A DNA stretch of 62,291 nt from a virus (taxonomy: Duplodnaviria; Caudoviricetes): the IMG/VR virus record IMGVR_UViG_3300031718_000010, positions 1-62,291 of that record. The stretch is one strand, 5' to 3'. The notes below the pieces were generated by a model. The model worked only from the letters and a program-made list of their open reading frames with translations. It was not told the DNA's origin and made no database searches. Below are positions 58,018-62,291 of this stretch, in pieces (position 1 is the first letter of the stretch; each line of letters starts with the position of its first letter). The translations under genes and the position numbers were made by a program.

Positions 58018-58233
58018 GTAACCCCTGTCTTTGATTGAGCTAACTGGTGGGATACTACAATTACAGGTTAAATGTCAAGCTATAAATGAAATTAAATTTA
58101 TAAACTGAACCATTTAACCCATAAAACCCTGTCAAATAGCCACTTAAGCAAGTTAACCATAATCCAGCCAACTCCATAAGCAATTAAACAGATAGCTATA
58201 ATGGATAGCCAAATAGCTAGTACTAATAGGAAG

Positions 58234-58446
58234 TTAACTAGAATGACCATTAGGCACGCAAGCCTTTCTAAACCCATTCGCATCAAAGCTAAAGTTATCC
58301 CTACTATATGTATCCACTAATTCCTCTATGAAATTATCCCATATAGCCTTTTGTTTAGGATAATCCATAGCTAGCTTATCAACAGGATAGTGTTTACGAA
58401 TAGCGTTACTGACTTGTGTATATTGACGCCTAGAACTAATAGCCAT
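58234..58446 (-). CDS. Hypothetical early protein (MAISSRR start)
   Basis: SD GGAGG; DNFSFDANGFRKAC end. Confidence 0.65.
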   Translation of the reverse strand: MAISSRRQYTQVSNAIRKHYPVDKLAMDYPKQKAIWDNFIEELVDTYSRDNFSFDANGFRKACVPNGHSS

Positions 58447-58555
58447 GATAATTAAACCTCCATTGAGCTTAATTAACTCCCAGCTTAGGTTATTGAGGAG
58501 GGGCACTGATTATGTAGTTGTATTATCCCCTTTTAACTGATAGCTAGCTAAATAA

Positions 58556-59002
58556 TTATTCAGCAGCCGCCTTAGAGCCAAGGCTGATTCTAATCCCTCC
58601 TGTTTTATGTCTAAACTTCCGCTCTGGTCTAGTCCGCTTGTCACTATTTCCATGCGGTCTAGGCGTTCCAATCTTATGGCTAGGCTTAGATAGCTCATAT
58701 TCCCCTGGCTCGAATCCTCCCCCTCTATCAAAGCTAACAACCTCACTCCTTACAGATGGAGGCAATTCAAACCGCCTAGCTTGGGTTCCTTTAATCAAAT
58801 AACCCATATTAGCTGATATAATAACTCCATCTAGATGAAACTTACGCTTACACGCCACAGCCATAGCACAGGTCTTATGGCTTTTCTTCTTACTATTAGC
58901 CTCATCAGCCTTCGTAACCTCAATCCTAGCGTTACTTGTAGCATCCTTCACACTCTTAACATTAGGGAAAAACTTCCTAACAACCTGTAATGCTGTAGCC
59001 AT
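58556..59002 (-). CDS. Hypothetical early protein (MATALQ start)
   Basis: SD GGAGG; CAMAVAC. Confidence 0.7.
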   Translation of the reverse strand: MATALQVVRKFFPNVKSVKDATSNARIEVTKADEANSKKKSHKTCAMAVACKRKFHLDGVIISANMGYLIKGTQARRFELPPSVRSEVVSFDRGGGFEPGEYELSKPSHKIGTPRPHGNSDKRTRPERKFRHKTGGIRISLGSKAAAE

Positions 59003-59115
59003 TATATCCTCCATTGGAATCGTACATCCCCCTTATTATTTAGATTATACAACAAAGAAAGGTTACGAATCCATATTTAAAATAAGAATAGGCTAGGTTA
59101 TCCCTAGCCCATATC

Positions 59116-59361
59116 CTAATCCCCTTTACGCTGTAACTCAGCATCAACCTTACTAACTAACTCCTTCCCCATATCAGTTAGCGTAAGGATATTATTAACC
59201 TGCTTAAGCAATCTAGCCTTAATCAAGCCTTCAATTATCCCACTATAGCTGGAATGGCTAACTCCCTTACTCATCAATCCAGCATATACCACGCCGGATG
59301 GAGCAGAGCCAATATCCTTAACTGTAGCTAGGATAGCATAAACAACATTAGCTGATGTCAT
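59116..59361 (-). CDS. Winged-helix-like protein
   Basis: SD GGAGG; LIKARLL...LTLTDMGK. Confidence 0.6.
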   Translation of the reverse strand: MTSANVVYAILATVKDIGSAPSGVVYAGLMSKGVSHSSYSGIIEGLIKARLLKQVNNILTLTDMGKELVSKVDAELQRKGD

Positions 59362-59363
59362 AT

Positions 59364-59783
59364 TCAATTACCTCCATTGGGTATTGGTATCACCTCAATT
59401 ACCCTATCAGCAGGGATAGAGCAATAGCAATTATAGGCTGCCTTAGAGCCTATATAATCTGGGTCAGGCTTTAACTCAGCCATCTTATCCTCTGGTATAT
59501 CCACCTTAACTAGGACAGGGGTTATATCCCCATCTAACCTAGGCTGGCCATCCCTACGTTTCCATGAGAAATCAAATAGGTCATATACCTCACCTGGGTT
59601 AACTTGTGAATAGGCTGACCTAATCCAAGCAAAGCTAGTGGCCATATCTTTATCAGGGGTTAGGTATATCCCATGAGGAATAGGGATATCCTTAACACGG
59701 AATGACCTATCAGGCATAGGCTTAATACCCTCAACTAGGATATTATCAGCATAAGCCTTAATCGTCCCATGATACATAATCAT
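59364..59783 (-). CDS. ADP-ribosyltransferase-fold protein (Tpt1/PARP-like)
   Basis: YHGT...IL.EGI.P; GIYLT...A..FA; IPADRV. Confidence 0.65.
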   Translation of the reverse strand: MIMYHGTIKAYADNILVEGIKPMPDRSFRVKDIPIPHGIYLTPDKDMATSFAWIRSAYSQVNPGEVYDLFDFSWKRRDGQPRLDGDITPVLVKVDIPEDKMAELKPDPDYIGSKAAYNCYCSIPADRVIEVIPIPNGGN

Positions 59784-59972
59784 AATCTACCCTCCATTGG
59801 GGTTAGGTTATTTAGGTTGCCATCACAATGCAGCAATAAAAGCGAATAGCAGCCCATTAGAGCAACAATCGGCCAGCGGTCACGTCATTGTGCCACCTAA
59901 CGCGATATAATTGCTCTAACGCGCTGCTATTAGCGCGTGATGCCATCTGACATGGCATCCGTGAATCAAATA

Positions 59973-60242
59973 TCACCAAATAGTGACAACGCCCGGCCAG
60001 ACATAAAGGCTATCAGCATTAGCCTCAGCCTCTAGTTTGGTAGCAGCCTCAGCTATCCAGCTAGGGCCATGATTGTAAATATGAGAATAATCAGTGGGAT
60101 AAGGTTGACTATCTCCTCTTTCCTCTGGCATTAGGAATGGTATCTCAATTGGCTTTAATGCAGGTGAGATAACCTTAGGCCACGGTTCATATTGCTTCAA
60201 ATTGCGAGTAATACCACAGCTATTATCCATAGTTGTCTCCAT
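59973..60242 (-). CDS. Hypothetical early protein
   Basis: Open frame; start uncertain. Confidence 0.4.
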   Translation of the reverse strand: METTMDNSCGITRNLKQYEPWPKVISPALKPIEIPFLMPEERGDSQPYPTDYSHIYNHGPSWIAEAATKLEAEANADSLYVWPGVVTIW

Positions 60243-60392
60243 TGGACTAACTTGTTTGGGATAAGGGTTTATTCCCCCACTTAGGTAGCTTACTGCTATG
60301 CAGGCTATTCGTGCTGCACTCACGATATCTCTAAATGAGAGAATAAACCCATTGAATAGGCCCTTTAGTATCCTCAGGGCCTATCTATTGGC

Positions 60393-60611
60393 TTACTCCT
60401 TGACTGACAGTTTAGACCTGTTAGCCTCAATAAAGGCTTTCAGTTCAGGAACATGGGGGAGAAATGCATCCCACTGGCTGACATACAACGTGATTGGGAA
60501 ACGTCCCATCCCATACACACTTACTCCGCCCTTCTCGCTGACCTTAAAGCTAATCTTGCTGCTGTTCTTAGCAGCCAGTTTAGCGTCTAGTTCAGCAATT
60601 CTCGCCTGCAA
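60393..60611 (-). CDS. Small conserved-looking protein; start uncertain
   Basis: Coiled coil followed by FKVSEKGGVSVYGMGRFPITLY..QW. Confidence 0.7.
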   Translation of the reverse strand: MQARIAELDAKLAAKNSSKISFKVSEKGGVSVYGMGRFPITLYVSQWDAFLPHVPELKAFIEANRSKLSVKE

Positions 60612-61106
60612 TTCAGCGATAGTCGGCTCATGCTTGCCATTGGCTGGGCTAGCCTTAGTGGTATCAACAGCCTTAAGCTAGACAAGTTTAACCTATCAGC
60701 AATCTATGTTAGGATGTAACATAGAACATTAATGCGATATAATTACACACTCACTATGACGGTGACATGCGATAGATGTTGCATAAACAACATCTGTTGG
60801 TTATCTCTATCCAAAGGCCCAACGTGACTGACGCTAGGATATGCCGCGTTATAACTGTTATAAACTCAACGCTCACCTTGCTAGCTACCGTCAGCGCCCA
60901 CTCATAGAGGCTAACTAACATTCAATCGCTCATTGCCCTCATCGGCACCTAATCCCCCGGTCGCTGTTCTATCCATTCCCACCGTATGCAGACTATCTTC
61001 GCGGTCACAATGGCGTCTATCAGGGGAGAACATCACGATTGCTGTTGGCTTCCAGCGAGTGACTGACTCGCCGCTGCCGTGCTACTGAACTGCGATTGTG
61101 CCATGT

Positions 61107-61122
61107 AGCAAACCGCATGCCA
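61107..61122 (-). promoter_or_regulatory. Sigma-54 (-24/-12) promoter
   Basis: TGGCATG-CGGT-TTGCT; GG-N10-GC spacing is exact. Confidence 0.7.
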
Positions 61123-61175
61123 TGTGTCCCGGCGACATAACTCGTTTGTTATCAATCGTACTAGTAATACCACAT

Positions 61176-61254
61176 GACAATAAATGTCTGGTACTAGCGA
61201 CACAATCGGTCATATTCGTTGCAAACAAATGGTCCTGGTACGACAAAAATTGTC
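61176..61254. promoter_or_regulatory. Phased GACA-N5-(T/G)GTC sites, candidate enhancer
   Basis: Copies at 61176, 61199 and 61242, degenerate copy at 61222. Confidence 0.55.
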
Positions 61255-61655
61255 AGCGAACGAAAAACGAATATCCATTCCTTAGCTGGAAACCCTCCTT
61301 AGTCAGGACCCAGTTACGAAGGTCAAGCCACCCCTGGCCCATCTAACCCTCCAGGGAGGGGTCCCACGCACTGACTAGTATATAGAATCCTTACCAAAAC
61401 ACAGTAAGCACCCTTATTGAATGGGTCCTCTTATTATCTAACTATAGTTATAATGATGGTTACGGATAAATACCTAAGTATAATAATAAAGAGAGTATGA
61501 TAAATAATATATTTGTTATAGTACCATTACTAGTAATCATGCTAAGTTTATCAAGGTTTATCAAGCATAGCGGATATATATTCACTATATCGGATATTAT
61601 TTATAGCATATAAAATAGTATTGACATCTAACCTGCTTATTGATATTATATATCA

Positions 61656-61997
61656 ATGCCTCCATCATTAAAATTATTAGAGCAAACATATCTATCCTGT
61701 ACTTATGGCTATCAGGAGCCTGATGAACTCTATTGCTCCATAGATATATATGAATGGCTAGCTATGCAAGTAGGCCATAGTCCAGATAATGGATATTGTA
61801 TTAAATTTAATAACTCTAAAGCTATCCCTCGTCTCTCATTACCAACTGGAACATGGATATTTATAAACACCGACCATCCTAGGGAGCCTAGATATCATGG
61901 ATTATTTAGCCTTGATAATTTAGAATGGCAACCTGCCCCGGCTGAGTTGATGCATAAGAAAGTTAAGACTAGATTCCCTGAAGGGGCTGAGTTATAA
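61656..61997 (+). CDS. Hypothetical protein, leaderless
   Basis: TTGACA-17-TATTAT (61621-61649) lies 6 nt before the ATG. Confidence 0.65.
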   Translation: MPPSLKLLEQTYLSCTYGYQEPDELYCSIDIYEWLAMQVGHSPDNGYCIKFNNSKAIPRLSLPTGTWIFINTDHPREPRYHGLFSLDNLEWQPAPAELMHKKVKTRFPEGAEL

Positions 61998-62291
61998 CTA
62001 ACCATCATATTCGTCATTATACCCTCTAGGCTTATCCACATATTCCCCAGCTATCCAGACTTTTCTACCCTTCTTAACTCTTTTAACCTTATTAGCCTTA
62101 ATCCATTCCTCATTAAACCTAAGCATCTCCCTACAGTTTCGACATAATAGCTTAGCTATTTTAACTCTCTCATCCCCTATAGCATCAATTATCCGTCTAT
62201 AAGCCTTATGTTGGCTCCATTTTCTACTCTCAGGAGTCAATAATACGATAAACAAGCTATCAGGCCTATCCTCAGGACAATACCCCTGCCC
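61998..62291 (-). CDS. 3' part of the junction-spanning HNH-like gene
   Basis: Continuous with 1..220. Confidence 0.6.
   Translation of the reverse strand, partial: GQGYCPEDRPDSLFIVLLTPESRKWSQHKAYRRIIDAIGDERVKIAKLLCRNCREMLRFNEEWIKANKVKRVKKGRKVWIAGEYVDKPRGYNDEYDG
62165..62291. repeat. Terminal direct repeat, right copy
   Basis: Identical to 1-127. Confidence 0.95.

Noticed and set aside
61098-61346. 82-aa + strand ORF
   Set aside because: No SD and it overlies the sigma-54/enhancer elements; likely spurious, like most short antisense ORFs in the track
62165-62291. Biological terminal repeat
   Set aside because: Exactly 127 nt and cuts through an ORF; best explained as assembler overlap
1-62291. 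Stop-codon reassignment suggested by frequent TAG trinucleotides
   Set aside because: Long genes are intact in the standard code, many end in TAG, and no suppressor tRNA was seen

Overview
A complete, circularly assembled tailed-phage genome of about 62.16 kb; bases 1-127 are repeated at 62165-62291. It is probably lytic (no integrase or repressor recognised) and podovirus-like. The + strand arm (~1-36 kb) carries small Zn-finger genes, terminase, portal, scaffold, major capsid, adaptor and nozzle-like tail proteins, ejection-type proteins and large fibre-like proteins. The - strand arm (~36-61 kb) carries lysis genes, a PIF1/RecD-like helicase, a UDG-PolA fusion, an SSB/Sak4/PD-(D/E)xK recombination set, tRNA-Leu(UAA), a CAU tRNA (probably Ile2) and early genes. 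Six free-standing homing-endonuclease-like genes are present. Most notable: (1) a phage-encoded ubiquitin-like conjugation operon (Ubl, putative E2, E1/ThiF, JAB protease); (2) four key morphogenesis genes that appear to start at near-cognate codons (ACG, ATC, ATC, ATT) behind strong SD sequences, three of them hairpin-occluded; (3) a sigma-54-type promoter with an IHF-like site and phased enhancer-like palindromes heading the early region; (4) tail-fibre-module proteins with Sec-type signal peptides; (5) several unexplained structured RNAs. The host is possibly a GC-rich diderm such as Acidobacteriota (inference only). All calls were made by eye from motifs; no searches were run.
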